Positions 12,208 through 26,424 are shown, counted from the first letter of the stretch. The stretch is DNA of 64,000 bases from Vicugna vicugna (GCA_013265495.1 MU057930.1:443599-507598), one strand, 5' to 3'. Notes: generated from the sequence alone by a model not told the origin. Program-made: numbers and translations.

Positions 12208-12700
12208 AAAAATGGAGAATGAAAAAGAGAAAGTAGTGAAACATATCACAGTCTTGTGTATGGAGAATTCAACTTAGAATCATAATTATGACACTTGAAA
12301 TGATTCTTTTTATTTCTTCTGAAAGGAAAACAAATCCGTTTATAGAAAGTCTGAATCTGTGTTATTGAGGGAGCAGTCCTGTGAATCTGCTCTGTTACTG
12401 ACCTTTCTTCCCACAGAGAGGATCAAGTGTGCACGGTCCTGTGGCTGCCTTGAGAGACACGTTGGCCAGACTGCCATCTCTGATACGTTCATACCTGTTG
12501 AAAGCTATACCGTGAAACCACAGAGCTGGCCCGGAGCACCTTCCCCAGCCAGAGGTGGAAATGCCGGTTTCCGCACGTCCCCGCGAGCATAACCCACAGA
12601 GAAAGAAACAAACGGCCAAGCCAGAGACGGAATCCTGTGACACACATGTAGCCCCATCATTTGGCATAATTACCAATATGCTTCATGGATAACCTGGTTT

Positions 12701-13020
12701 TGTTAATGGTTTGAATTGTGTCTCCCCGAAATTCACACATTGATGTCTCAAGGACCAGTGCCTCAGAATGGGACTCTTTTGGAAGTACTTTTTTTTTTTT
12801 TTGGATGCAACCAGGTTAAAATGAGGTTATTAGGGTGGACATTAATGCAAAATGAACCGTGTCCTTGTAGAAAGAGAAACATTTGGACGCAGAGACACGA
12901 ACAGCAGAAGACCCGTGAAGACTGAGGCAGTGATGTGGGTGATGTGTCTACAAGCCAAAAGCCGTGAAAGATCACCAGGACACCCCAGAAGCTGGGAGAG
13001 ACGCCTGAAACAGATTCTCT
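12701..13020 (+). mobile_element. MLT1C-like MaLR LTR (partial)
   Basis: tgttaatggtttgaattgtgtctcccc...gtgaagactgaggcag...caagccaa...ccagaagctgggagaga...aacagattctc. Confidence 0.8.
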
Positions 13021-14084
13021 GCAATCACAATCTTGGGCACCAGAAATCGTGCAACTGAGCGTTTTGATCACTTTAGTTAAAAAAACAAGACATGCACAGT
13101 CCAAGGGAAGAAAAATGCTGCTCTCGAGACGAGTGCAGGAGAGGAAAAACATGCCCGTTTCTGGAGGCAGGTCAGAAAGAGGACGTGCGGGATCTGATCC
13201 CGGCTTCACCAAGAGGACAAGCCACGTCCACGCCCTCGGGGAGAAGGGGAGGAGGGGCAGAGAGGAGGAACGTCTCCCCTCACTGTTTTCCTTCTGGAGA
13301 ATTAAACAGCCGTCCCCTCGCCCTGTGGAAACAGGCGTTCCCCTCCCGCAGCCTGCATAGTCTGTAATGGATGTCCTCCACGTGAACTTTACCATCGCAA
13401 GATCACCGGCTCTGCAGAGCTTTGATACGGTTGCCTTGGAATCTGCTCACATTTGGTTTGTTTACAGTGTGGCTTTTCCTGCCCGGTGTCTTAACATTCC
13501 ACAGGACTGGCCGCTTGGAGAGCTGAGCAAGTCCCCTCCCCCTCAGGATGGGATGACAGTTGCTTTGCACACTTGAAAAGCAACAAAACCCAAGGTTAAC
13601 CCAAGGAGAAAAGCGATGTGATGCCCGAGAGCTCACACACACAGGGAGGAGCCAGAGGATTTAAAAAGTGCTGGAGGCTTCTCACCCGCCCCCGGGAAGG
13701 TGGGGCTGCTTTGATGTTGGTTGCCAGATACTTAAGGAAGGAATGAGGAGGAGAATGTGAGGCCCTTCCCCTCCCCCCAGGTTTCCATGGCACCAGGTCT
13801 GTTGCAATCCTTTGACTGCAAGCTGTTTCCTTCTGTTCCAACCCAGAAGGCAGAAAGATGGTGCTGGAATCAAAAAGCAGCAGGATTCAATGTGGTTCCT
13901 GATGTGCAGAGAGAGGACTGCAGAGAGTCAAGTCCTCTGTGAGGGCATGGCCTCCCCAGTCTGCCGGAGATGTTAGGGCCATGCACCGTTTGCAGCAGCA
14001 AACACTAGGGGCGAAGTTTACGAAACGATCATTAAAAAATATGGTAGACAAATACAGTGGAAGTTTCTTCAGCAAGAGTAAAAA

Positions 14085-14690
14085 ATGGCTTGGAAGCAAC
14101 CATGATATCCTTCAGGAGGTGATGGATAAATAAACTGTGGTTCCATCCAGGCAATGGAATACTATTCAGCAATGAAAAGTAATGAGCTATCAAGCCACAA
14201 AAAGCCATGGAAGCACCTTCAATGCATGCAGCTAAGTGAAAGAAGCCAATCTGAAAAGGTTACGTACTGTGGGATTCCAGCTCTGTGACATTCTGGACAA
14301 AGACAAAGCTATGGAGACAGGAGAAGGATCAGGGGTTGTCAGGGGTTCAGGAGGGGTGGGAGTGAAGAATGAATGTGCAGAGCAGTGAGGACTTTTAGGG
14401 CAGTGTAACTACTCTGTGTGACCCTATAATGCTGGGGTCATGTCATTACTTAAATTTGTCCAAATCCTTAGAACGTACAACATCCAGAGTGAAGTCTAAT
14501 GTAACCTGTGGACTCTGGGTGGTGATGACTTGTCATCCCTTGTAACCGATGCGCCGTCTGGTGGGGGATGTTGATAATGGGGGGAAAGGAGCATATGGGG
14601 AATCTCTGGACCTTCCTTTCAATTTTGCTGTGAACCTAAAAAGACTCTGGAGGAAAAAAAAAGTCTTCAAAAAAAAGAGAGAGAGAGAAA
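14085..14690 (+). mobile_element. L1MC1/2-like 3' end
   Basis: ggataaataaactgtgg...aatgagctatcaagccac...gaagccaatctgaaaagg...tttgctgtgaacctaaaa followed by an A-rich tail. Confidence 0.85.
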
Positions 14691-14699
14691 AAAAGAAGA

Positions 14700-15020
14700 G
14701 ACTATGAATGGACGCCTGCTACATGAAAGACAGTCTCAAAAACGTAATGCTAAGTAAAAGGAACTGCTCACCAAAGACCACACGTTGTAGATTCCAGTTG
14801 TACAAAATATCCAGAGAAAGCAGATCTGTAGGGACAGAGAGCAGGTTGCCTGGAACTGGGAGGGGCACGGTAGGAATGGGGTTAACTACAAACGAACTCA
14901 TGGGAATTTATGGGGATGACGGAACTGTTCTGAAACTGGTTTATGGCGATGGCTGTACAGCTTGGTGTATTTGCTAAAAATCATTAACTCGTTTACTTAA
15001 CCCAAGTGAACTGGGGTGGG
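14700..15020 (+). mobile_element. L1MB/ME-like 3' fragment
   Basis: ctcaaaaacgtaatgctaagtaaaagg...ggggatgacggaactgttctgaaactgg...ctaaaaatcattaac. Confidence 0.75.
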
Positions 15021-16384
15021 GGGGACGTGTAAATTTTCCCCCTGTTGGGAGGTACAGTCCAGGACAGCAGTGTTATACGGAGATAAGTAATATCAGTGTG
15101 ATGCTAAATCTTTTTACAGAACCTGGGTTCTTAGGTTTTAGGACCGAATTCTGCATCTGGCTTTTTATTCATCGCTCTATTCACAAGCACATTCCTTTGT
15201 AGCCCCACCCATCTTTAGAATAAACGCAGCACTGCATTTAGAATTTAAGGCGAGGCTGGATTTACAGATTTGCACTTACAGCCACATAACTGTTGGAAAC
15301 AGTTCTCTCCTGTGTCAACTTGTAGAATTATACTTTTATCTGATAAGACAATGGGAAGGATTGTATATGTAAAAAGTATTTGCAAGCTGTAGGAGACTTT
15401 AAAAAAATGTCCCATTCTTATTCTAGCTAACATTGCTTTTTATTATTGAATATGTACACGTATCTGCCCTAGTTCTCTGTTCTCTGACTTGGTAGACCTT
15501 GGGGCTAGAGATGAGCTTTAAACATAAATGACTACGGTATCTTTCAAAGTACTAAGTCTTATGTTCAACCGTGGATCTTTCCCACCAAAGTTTCAAAATG
15601 GCAGACATCAACTTTAGTTTCACTTTCTGTTATTTTTAGCCATTATTTTCTGTTACCCATTTAGAAATAAATGGATCTAGGACTAGAACTTCCCCAGAAC
15701 ATTTTATAAAATTACTCATATATGGTGAGTTAAAAAAAATAAGCTTATACTTCTTTCTAAATGAATCTCATCTGTACTTTTATACCAGTGGTGGATTTGT
15801 GAAAAAGAAGTTATGTGCAATTAGACTTAAAAACATTTTAGTGAGACACATTTTCCAAAGTGTAAGGTCAAATCGCCTTTCAAAATTGGTTGTAAGGGGA
15901 CAGGTTTGGAAAGCAGATGATCAAAACAATCAGGGAGGGATGATCTGGGATCCCCCTGCCCCACTTTGAGCTTTATATGGGAAACACTGGAAATATATTT
16001 GGGGGTCTTTTGTGCACAAAACATGTGTAAGCAATATCGACAGTATCTTTCAGTGACTTTTGGCAATGATGCCTGACTCAGCTTTCAAAACGAGTTTAGT
16101 CTTTTTGACAAGCGGCATGAGTCAGTTTGTCCCAGATTTGGTTTATGATGTTGATGGAAAATGTCAGCATGGAACAATCCATTTTCTTTGGAAGGAGCAC
16201 GCTGATTAGAAGACAAAGACTTTAGGCGGTGAGGACCCTGGGCAAGTGTTCCGAGGGACCCTCTGAAAAGCCCGTGGGAGGGAAAAAAGTCAACTCAAGG
16301 TGATTGGCTGTTGCTCTGGTTGAGATACAGTGCAGGGGGTACAGCTTCTGGATTGTTTTAGTACCTCGGGGGTACATTTAAATA

Positions 16385-16965
16385 AATTTAAAAATTTTAG
16401 AGCAGTTGTCGATTTTCAGAAAAATTGCACTGTTGTGTACAGAGAATATTTCTATACCTTATCCCCAGTTTTCTGAATTATGAACACATTACATAAATAT
16501 GGTGCGTTTATCACAATTCATGAACGTTTATTGCCCTTAGCTAGAGCTGACACTTCATTCAGCTCTCCTGTTTTTCCACGTGTCCTTTCTCTAACCTAGG
16601 ACTCCATCCAAGATCCCACATGACATTAAGTCTTCCCACATCCTTGACAGTTTCTGGGCTGGGACAGTTTCTCACACTTGCCTTGTTTTTGATGACCTTG
16701 ACAGTTTGGGGGAAGACCGCTCAGGCATTTTACAGAATATCCCTCAGTTGGGATTCGTCTGATGTTTCGGTCATGATTCAACTGGGGTTAAGGATTCTTG
16801 GGAGTAAGACCACAGACGTAAATTGCTTTTCTCATCACGTCCTGGCAAGGGTGTATGACCTCAACGTGACTTGTCACAGTGGATGTTGACCGTTGTCACC
16901 TGGTTGAGGTCACGTTTATCAGATTTCTTCACCACGAAGGTAAATTTTCCTCTTTTCCATGTGGA
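16385..16965 (-). mobile_element. L1MC3/4-like 3' end
   Basis: ttttagagcagtt...cagaaaaattg; cttgccttgtttttgatgaccttgacagttt; atcagatttcttcacc. Confidence 0.8.
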
Positions 16966-17034
16966 AATTAACCTGTAGTAATTCTGTGAATACACCTGTA
17001 TTCCACATATAAGGACAAAGACCAAAGAGAAAGA

Positions 17035-17365
17035 TGGGTGGATAGACAGATAGATATAGATAAATACATGTATATTCAACTATCATCTCTCCCCTGTATC
17101 TCTCTATTCATCCATCCATCATATCTATCTAGCTATGTATCTATCTGTTATCTATCTATCCACCCATCCATCTATGCATTCATCCATCCATCATATCTAC
17201 CTACCTGTCTACCTATGTATCTATCTATCCATCCATCTACCCACCCAGCCATCCATCTATCCATTCATCCATCCATCCATCATATCTACCTACCTATCTA
17301 CCTACCTATCCATTTTATCTACCTACCTACCTACCTGCCTACCTACCTATGTATCCATCATCTGT
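17035..17365. repeat. Degenerate TATC/TCCA/TACC tetranucleotide array
   Basis: Direct reading of the sequence. Confidence 0.95.
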
Positions 17366-18858
17366 TGATATCCCAAGTTACAACATTAAAATTGTTCCTT
17401 ATTTGAACATTGACACATTTCAGCGTCTCCCTAATCATTGTTGACCTATCTCTTCAATTCTCTCGCATTGAGTCAATTAACGAAAATTACGTACTCTGTA
17501 GGATCACCTGTGTGCAGATGGAGGGGAGAACTCTCCGACTGATTCCATAATATGCATTTATAGCCCTTGCTCACCCTCAAGTGCCTTCTGCCTGGAACTG
17601 CAGTCTGGGATAAATGGTGTACACAGCTGATACAGTCCTTTCTTCCCAAAGCAAGTGGACCATGATGGCTTTGTCAGAAGTGGAGTGAAATTGTTTCCAC
17701 CCAAAGCACCTGTACTTTCCTGCAAAATGTTGCTCAAGGTTAAATTCTACCAGCATTGTTAGGGCTGTTTACCTCTCTTATTTCTCTCCTTCTTCTGTCC
17801 TCGCTCTGTTTTGCTACCAGCCTTATCTCCACAGTGCCTTTGCCTCCACCCAGATCACACGGTGCCCTCCTCAGCTACCTGTCGAGACTCTGCTTTTAAG
17901 AGGGATTGGATGACCACCGTCGTGGCCATTGGAACTCAAGCCAGTGTGTTTCTACTGCCAGGGTATTTGCATTTACATTCAATGTCTGTTTATGAGTTTC
18001 TGTTTGTCTCCATGGTAAAGGAAGATCATGGTCCCCAAGCAGGGCAGGTGCATTGAAGGAAGAACCTTCCCAGGACCCAACCCTTCCCTAACCACAGCAA
18101 TAGAAGACAAAATTACGTCATCACGTAAAGGTTCTACCGGAAAACAAGAGTTCAATTTGTGGCTCTACCGCCATGGTTTCAAGACCTAGAATGAGTCATT
18201 CCAGGTCTTTGAGCTCTGGTGTCTTCAGCGCTCAAGACTGGAACACTTACTACAGTCACGAACAGTTACGCCACCCAAGAGGGGTTCAGTGATAAAATCC
18301 CTCAAAGGTCAGTGTTAAGACCAGCCAAAATTCCTTTCCTTCGCATCACCCTGTGCCCAGGAAGCAACAGCAGGGGTTCTGCTCACTAGAACCAATTCCG
18401 CTCAAAGGTCCACAACAAGGGTCAGAGCCCCGCTCTCCTACAAGACGGTTCATGCCTTGTGCTTGGAGGCACAGGGCAGGAAATATTTGTGCTCAGTGTG
18501 CATGAACCCTTTGAAATGCCTTCGTGGGCACCATTCTTATACTTGTTGCCCAGTGGAAGAAAGGCAAAAAGGGAAGAGAAAAGAGACCACATTAAATGCC
18601 AGTCACAGTCAACTCTTGGTCAATCTTACTGTCCCCCCCCCCCACCCCAATCTACATACCCCCACCCCATCTACATTTAGATAATCATGAGTGGCTATTT
18701 GAGTCAACTCCCTCCTCTGTGGCATACATCACACAGACCTCATGCTTCTCTTGCAGATTTGTATCAATTCTAAACCAAAATGAAAAACTCAGGTATGGGG
18801 GAGTGAACCACAACCACCTCCCCAATGACTATTTTTACAGAGCTGCTGGTCTTGCAAT

Positions 18859-18859
<1 letters not shown>

Positions 18860-18887
<28 letters not shown>
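18860..18887. repeat. (CA)n microsatellite
   Basis: Direct reading of the sequence. Confidence 0.95.
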
Positions 18888-18889
<2 letters not shown>

Positions 18890-21149
18890 GTCCTCAGAAA
18901 AAAATCAAATTAGGGCCAATGGAAACCAGATGTCCACGTGGATTCCCCTTAGAGGGTTTTGCTTCATTTTGTTTTCAAATGATAAAAGTGCGTCATTCAA
19001 AATCCCTCCCTTTTGTGTATCCAAAGAAGGGAGTGCGGGTTCAAGGGGGGCTGTGGGGTGGCTCCCCTTTCTGTTTTGAACCCCCGTGATTCCATAGACT
19101 CAAGGAGAATTCCCTCCTCACGGAGCTGCTCGCATGCAACCGGCCTCTGTGTTTGTCTGGAGCTTGGAGCGCGGCAACGAGGGTTCTCCTTCGATCAGTT
19201 CTTTGTGGGGATTTTGTCGGTGGTGGCCGATCCAGGGCATCATTTCAGAGCAAAGTGATGAAATTGGCAAGAATAGTGTGGGTTTTTTTTTTTCTTTTTA
19301 ACAAATGTAAAGTTGTTTTTTTTTTTTTAAACCAGAGCCTGTTCTTCTGTAAAATAAACATCCATGTGGTGTTTGCAAAGATGCAAGGCGGTGAAAGGAC
19401 ACGTCTGATCTCCTCCTCTGGGCACTTTCTGGCTCCTCCGGGGAGGCTAGGACACACCAGTGGCCTCAGGGTTGTGGGAATAATTCAAGTTTTCCAGATT
19501 CAGGAAAACAACACAGTCAGTGACTCAGCTTTGCCAGCAAAATCGCGAAAGGCCCAAACACAAACCATTATCCATTTTTTAAAAAGGTTACCTAAGCATC
19601 ACTCTGGGTGTCATTAGGAGCTAAAACGATTGAAAATATTGAAAGCGACGTGTTAACATTGGCTTTACATTCGGTTGATTTTTAAGAAAAGGGAGAATGG
19701 CTGATGGGACACTTTGAAAAATGGTGCATATAATGGAATATGATTGTTTAGAGGGGATTCAGTTGTGGTTGCAGAGGAAACGATCAGCTTTCTCGTAGTG
19801 CATGACATAAAAAAAACCCGCAAATAAGTAAATGCGACTTCCCGAGAGCTCTCTTTGGCAGAGAGATTTCCACGGCGGTTGCTCTTTGCCAACACAAGAG
19901 CCCTGGAGTCTGGAAGGATCTCCTGTGAAGGGTGTTACAGGACAGATACCCTGCTGCGTTCTTTTTAGAAGTCTTTGGGAGAATTAATTCTTCACATTTA
20001 GAGTCATTGTTGGGTACCTCACAGTAGCCAAGAAATTGCTTCCACCAAGAAATGAGAGCTTGCTTCGGGTGGCGTTGGGTGGATGTCAGAGGCACATTTG
20101 CTGCTCTGAGCACAGGTGTCCTTGGGTTGTCCCAGGAGGAAGGGCGATCCCCGCTGCAGACATGCGATAGGTGGGGCGGTCCTGATATAAGCCACCTGCC
20201 AAGAGGACCTGCCCTTCTCTGGCTGAGGTGGCTTCCTTCCCATCTTTTCCCTGCTTCCCGCAAAAGTGGTCAATGGAGCAGGAGGGGCGGCTGTGTGAGT
20301 TTGGGATCATTATGGTGCCCTTTTGGGGGGCAATGCAGGCAGTTCACTATGGTAGACTCAAATCCTGCTTGGGGTCCCTGGGATGGTTTCTCATCACATC
20401 ACGTGCTCCCCAGTAAAAGTCTCAACTTACACACCACAAATTATAAACAAAGGACAGATGCATGCTGTGCGTCCAACAGCATGCCCTCCAACACAACGCT
20501 TGGGAGACAGGTTGGTCTTGCCCATGTCCTTAAATTTCGAGGACTCAGAGATGCAACCTGCTCGGTTCCACATTATCCACTTTTTAAAAAAATTTAAATG
20601 GCACTCCTGGGAGCTTCCCAAGGAACACGATGCTTGTTGCTTACTTTTCTGGGTCTCTTCGTGGAGGTTCGGGAGCAAGTCCCTGTTTCCAAGGCTCTGA
20701 CTGAAGGTACATCTTGGTAAAATGCTCTGCCACTCCCCCCCACCCAGTCCTTCCTCTCCATATTTTGTGCAGGCACCACGCTCCCTTCCCGGGTTGGCGG
20801 GACCCAACCGAATCTCATGATTACATGGTGGGAAGTGGCTTTGGGCAAAAAGTCAACACCAGGCAATGTCTGACTGGTATCAGCCCAGCCCATGAACAGC
20901 CATTGAAAAAGGGCAATTAATGTGGTTACTTCAACGCCAGCAGCTGTGGTTTCTATGCAGTTGGGCCCAATCGAAGCCCAATTAAGCACTCAGAGTTTCA
21001 CTCCAACTATGGTTTCCTTGTGCCAAATCTTGGTTTATTTCCCCAATAAGGACCCTGAGGCAGGACCGGGGGAAGGTATATCTGTTTCTGGGCATCCGTG
21101 GGTTTCTACTGAGCCTTCAGGGTGGAATTAAAAATGGCCTCTTTCAGAG

Positions 21150-21331
21150 TAAGGAAACTGCCTTTCTTTAAAATATTGAAGATTTACCCACCACGGATTT
21201 TTTTTGCATTCAGTTTGATTTTTGTAATATTGCATTAAAATCTTCATGTCTTGACTGTTGAATTTTTTGCCTCCCATTGAAAATTTTGCCGAGTTGATTG
21301 CTTCTCTCATCTCACGGTGACCCCTGCCCTG
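21150..21331 (-). mobile_element. MER96B-like hAT fragment
   Basis: ttttttgcattcagtttgattttt...aatattgcattaaaat...cttga and terminus ctcatctcacggtgacccctgccctg. Confidence 0.6.
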
Positions 21332-21399
21332 GGCACCACCCCCTAGCTGATAAAAAAATTATAGACACACACCGGTGTATATAGTTGGCTAACAAGGCA

Positions 21400-22060
21400 T
21401 TCATGTATGTATTCATATATTTTTATTCATATAAAGTCATGTATGTACATACACACACATATACGATTAAAATATATTACATTTTATGCCCATAACATTT
21501 TAATACATATAAAAGTATATGCATATATGTAGGTACATGCATGCATATGTGTGTGTATATAGCTGGTTGAAATTATATTTTGCATATGTGTACATGTACA
21601 GCTAGTTGAACCTATATATCTATATATACATTTTATACATATAAAAATTTCATACATGTACTTATGTACAAATTTTACATGTATACATACATAGCACATT
21701 AACCACAACTGGTTAATTGTATGAAAATGTAATATGTGTGTGCATATATGCATAATTTTTAACCACCTATATAGTATACACTTATGTAAATAAACTTATA
21801 TTTTATGTGTATTAACTATGACACAGATATAATTTTTAACCAGCTATATATACATATATATACATATGTATGTATGTAATTTTTATATGTGTAGAAGATA
21901 ATATATATTTTTACCAGCCATGTATATACATATGTAAACACATAGTTAATTTAATATGTACAAAATACAATATGTGTGTACACATACAGATGTCATTGTT
22001 ACCAATTATATATATGCTTATAAACATATATATATAAACATATATATCTAATTTTTAAAC
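21400..22060. repeat. AT-rich (TA/CA/TG) low-complexity block
   Basis: Direct reading; loosely recurring aatttttaacca(g)c and gctggtt(g/a)aa sub-motifs. Confidence 0.9.
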
Positions 22061-23889
22061 AGCAATGGTTCCCAGGGAAAGGCTAGGATGCTGGGTGAGG
22101 GGTTGGGGTCCTGCTCAGAGTTTCAGCTCAGATTCCGGAGGGGCTGGAGGCTGAAGTCCACCATGCATGCCGCCGACCTAGGAGCCCAGCGTTCAGGAAG
22201 ACTGAGCGCTGGGGGCAGGTTGAGCTTTCCTGTTTGGCAATGCTTCATGTGGCTATGTGGTCGCCCTTGGTTGCCAGGAGGAGTGTGGGGGTGTCCACGG
22301 ATCCTTGGGGACCGGACCACAAGGGGCCCCGTGTTGGGTGCTTTTCCGGATGCTGTACCAGGTACCTGTTTGTGTGGCTGTGCTGTGTTTTTTGCCATTG
22401 GTCAAGTTTACGGCCAAATAAACTTCAGTCCCACCCTGACTGTGTCTTTGCAGCTGAGACACTGCTGCACCCTTTCCCCATCTTTTGAGACAAACAGATT
22501 TGAACAGTTGAGACGCTTAGGAACAAAGAGGGCTCTTGGAACTGAAACCAAACCCTTTTGGAGCCTCCGTGTTGAGACCCGTTTTCTCTCTCTCTCTGAC
22601 TTTGCTGTGCACGCAGTGAAACTGGAAATGGGTTATACGGTATGGCTGTGGTTCTGGCTTTCCAAGAAAAATAAGGGATGAAAACCTAGAAGACTTTTAA
22701 CAGACGCCCAGTTTCGGTGGAGGATGTCGTGAGCGGGGCAGCAGCCCGTTAAGTTGAAAGGTGGTCTCCGATGTGAAGGAATGGGTTCCCCCACATGCCA
22801 TGTGGCAGGGAAAACTGAAGATTGGCAACATAAACTATTCTCTGATCTGCAGGGCCAAGGAGGGCAGACGTGTGCACTCCAATATGACCGCTTTTATGGA
22901 CCGAGGCAAATATTTCAAAAGTGAGTGGTGAGTAGGTGACAAGCTATGTTTATGGCTGAATTATAAGCTTTTAAAAGAACCAGTGTTGACTTGGCGAGAC
23001 TTTCATGCTCTATAAAAGCAACCTGTTTTACCCAAGACGCGGTGTCCCTGAGGCTGGAGAAATTTTGCCCTCAAGGAACCTGTCGGATTGGTTAAATCAT
23101 ACAAGTTCTGAGGCCCTGAATTTAAACCATCTTGGAGATTTGAAAAAGGTTAGGATTTGACCGTTTCTATGATTCCGAAAAATACCTGATGAGATTTTTT
23201 GTTTTAAAAGAAAAGAAAAATCATCATTCTTTCTTTGCATTCACGACGTTCAGGTCACGCTTCCAAGAGAGCGTGTATCTTTTCTATTTGTCCTGGCTTC
23301 TGCGTTTGCCCTGCAACAAAGACCTCTTGTGAGATTTTAAACTTATGAAAGTATATGATGCCTGAAAATGTGCCCTTGGGACTGCTCACAGCTGTGACTA
23401 AATGATGAATTTATTTAGGTTTCTGTAATTCCTCCAGTCTCACCGAACACAGCGGTTCCTCAGGAGTATGCCGGTTCACAGACGCTGAGCCAGCACTTCT
23501 GCAGGATTGTTTATTTTTCAACCTGAGGAGGAGAGGAATTATGTGTTGGCATCAGTAAGCGCCCTTTTAAATCATCGACGCGGTGTTTTGACATTGGAGG
23601 CAAAAGAAAAAGTGGATCGCGGAATGTTCCGTGAATAAATCTGAAGGGGAATTTAATTTAATTTAATTTTTTTTACTGCACACCTGAAAAGCTAACGCTC
23701 GTTTGGAATGAATTCTGTCGCCCACAAATATGACTACCTTTTATTTGAACCCAAGGAGATGAGAAAAATAATGAAATCCATCTTCCAAAACGATAGGGTA
23801 TTTTGGAAGGAAGCCCGAGCCCAACCGATTGCACTCGTCACCCAACGTTTCGCACGATTTCTTCAAAGTTGAATTTGTTACTGGTGAAT

Positions 23890-24160
23890 TGCGGCTGTTG
23901 GCAACGGGTCAAATCAGACTCACCGCCTGTTTTCGTATGGCCCGTGAGCTGAGAATGGTTTCTATATTTTTGACAAGTTTAAAAAGTTCAAAGGAAGGGT
24001 GCTATTTGTTGACACAGCGTTTTATTGGCATACCGCCATGCTAATTCATGTGCGTATGGTCTGTGGCTAGCTTTCTCGCTCCAGCAACAGAGATAAACCC
24101 ATGTGACCCTCAGAGCTGGAAATACGGACAATCTGGCCCCACTACATCTGCGGAGCCCTG
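23890..24160. mobile_element. MER58B-like hAT-Charlie MITE
   Basis: gggtcaaatc...cgcctgttttcgtatggcccgtgagctgagaatggttt...ttttattgg...atctggccc. Confidence 0.7.
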
Positions 24161-24649
24161 GTTTTATAAAGCGAGTGAAGCATACCTAAAACTACACGCT
24201 TGGAAACCCTCCCCAAATGATACCACCATTACCTGTGTGTCAACGTTTGAGATTAAATTATGCAATGGTTTGGGTAAATTAATTAGCTGAAGGGAAGACT
24301 GAATGCTATTGTTGTCAGTAAAATGTCAGTCTGCTATCTATAATTTTAGTCAATATATATTGAAATCTCCATTTCACATTTCATCAAGGACCAAACTGGT
24401 ATCTGTTAGAAATAGACCACAAAGGTACCGTCTGAATGTTTTAAAATATATGTTGTAAGATTTTAGTTCTTTGAAGCTCTGAATTGTGTTTTATAATTCT
24501 CTCAAGTCTGAGTCTACATAGACTAGCTTGAGTTCAAGAAAGTGTTAATAATTTACACCTGTGTCCTTGAACCTTTCATACTGTCCTGTTATGTTTGAAC
24601 TTAGTTCTTTTTTCACCTAAAATGAAAATACGATTTTTTATTAATTCTT

Positions 24650-25186
24650 CTTAAAATTTACTATTTTTATTTTTTAAATTGAGGTAAAGTCATTTTACTA
24701 TGTTCTGTACAGCACAATGCTTCAGTCGTACACAAATATACGTATATTCATTTTCTTATTCTTTTCCACTGTAAGCTACTACAAAATATCAAATATAATC
24801 CCCTGTGCTCTACAGTATAAACTTGTTTATCCATTTTATATATACCAGTCAGTACCTGCAAATCTCGAACTCCCAGTTTATTCCTTCCCATCCACTTCCC
24901 CCTTGGTAACCATAAGTTTGTTTTCTATGTCTGTGAGTCTGTTTCTGTGTTATATATAAGTTCATTTGTCTTTTTTTTTTTTTTAGATTCTACATATGAG
25001 CAATATCATATGGTATTTTTCTTTCTCTGTCTGGCTTAGGCTTAACAATAACATTCTCCAGGTCCATCTATGCTGCTGCAAATGGTATTGTTTTATTCTT
25101 TTTTATGGCTGAGTAGTATTCCACTGTATAAATATACCATACTTCTTTATCCAGTCATCTGTTGATGGACATTTAGGTTGTTTCCA
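24650..25186 (-). mobile_element. Young L1 3' end with 12-bp TSD
   Basis: Perfect TSD ttattaattctt at 24638-24649 and 25187-25198. The body is homologous to 9909-10380. Confidence 0.92.
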
Positions 25187-26424
25187 TTATTAATTCTTAG
25201 TGTTTGAATTCTTCATTGTTTTCTTTGGATAAATGCATATATATATATACACATATAAAATCTCCTCCAGTGAACTGCAAATTAACAAATTACATTCTGA
25301 TAACTGAGGGGACTATCTGATTATATATAAGTCAATATCCCAAGTTTTGCAAGTAGGAATAGTTAAATATGCAAAAATGAAAGATAGTGAAATACTGGCA
25401 TTTTTACTGACACCGCTGCGGGTTGCTATCATTTTTTTTTCCTTAGTGTACATCCTTTGTTTGCAGCAATTAATATTGTAGGGAATGTGTTGGAATCAAT
25501 GGTTTGACTTTTTGGTCATCCAATCAGGCTGTCCCATGAGATACGTGTGGTATCTGGTAGACACATGTGGTGTGGTCAAGACCCAGCCCCATCATGGAGA
25601 TGGTATTGGTGTCTCTCTGTTCTCCTCCCACAGAAAATAAAGGGTCATTGATGCTGTCTACTTCCCTTTTAAATATTCATTTCACAATGCTTCTCTTTGA
25701 ATGACTAAAATATTGGGTTTGTAGAGCCAGGACAGCTAAATTTTAGGTTTCTCTTCTCTCTGAGAAACAACAACAAAAAATTAATGTTTGATCTGAAATG
25801 AAAGCATTGAGCATTTCAATTCGAGAAAAAAGTAAACATGGAGTGAGTCACTTTTCTCTGATGTTGGTACAATCCAGCCTGGATTCCTTTCCCAGCAATA
25901 TGGTGGCCATATTTTCCTAACCAAAGTCGGCAGCCCACCCGTACTGGGAAGCCTGGGGACCCAGGGAGGACAATGGATGCTGAGGCCAGGAAAATGCTTC
26001 CTGCAGCCCTTGTCCTAGAGCTGGTTATTTCTGTGCCCTTCACTCTCCTGTTACCTCTGAAACCTGGGTCCCCTGGTCTATAGAGTGGGCACCATTCTAT
26101 CTACATTCTAATTTCTGTTTTAAGGCTGGCATGAATTGGGTTCAATAAGTGCATGTTCTTTTCTTTCTTCTCTTATCCCATCTTCTTTTCTCTTCTATGG
26201 ACAACAACTACCCTTCTCTTTTTATCCTCCATGTAGGCAAAATGAGAGAGTATTTTCATTAGGACCTGACCCTAGAAAGTCTGGCCACACAGCCCCCAAA
26301 TTACCAGCTGCTCTGCTTCTCTAGGGAAGTGAGTCTGGGAGAAGCCTGGAGGCTGGCTCACCATCAGGATATACCCCTTGCTCCAGGGCGAGGAGCGATC
26401 ATCTTTAGTTGGCTGGGATGTATC

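Noticed and set aside
12763..13395. Longest ORF (210 aa, minus strand)
   Set aside because: Runs through an MLT1 LTR, has no domain similarity and has a composition typical of chance frames.
22088..22681. 197-aa plus-strand ORF
   Set aside because: No recognisable motif or splice context; expected by chance in GC-rich DNA.
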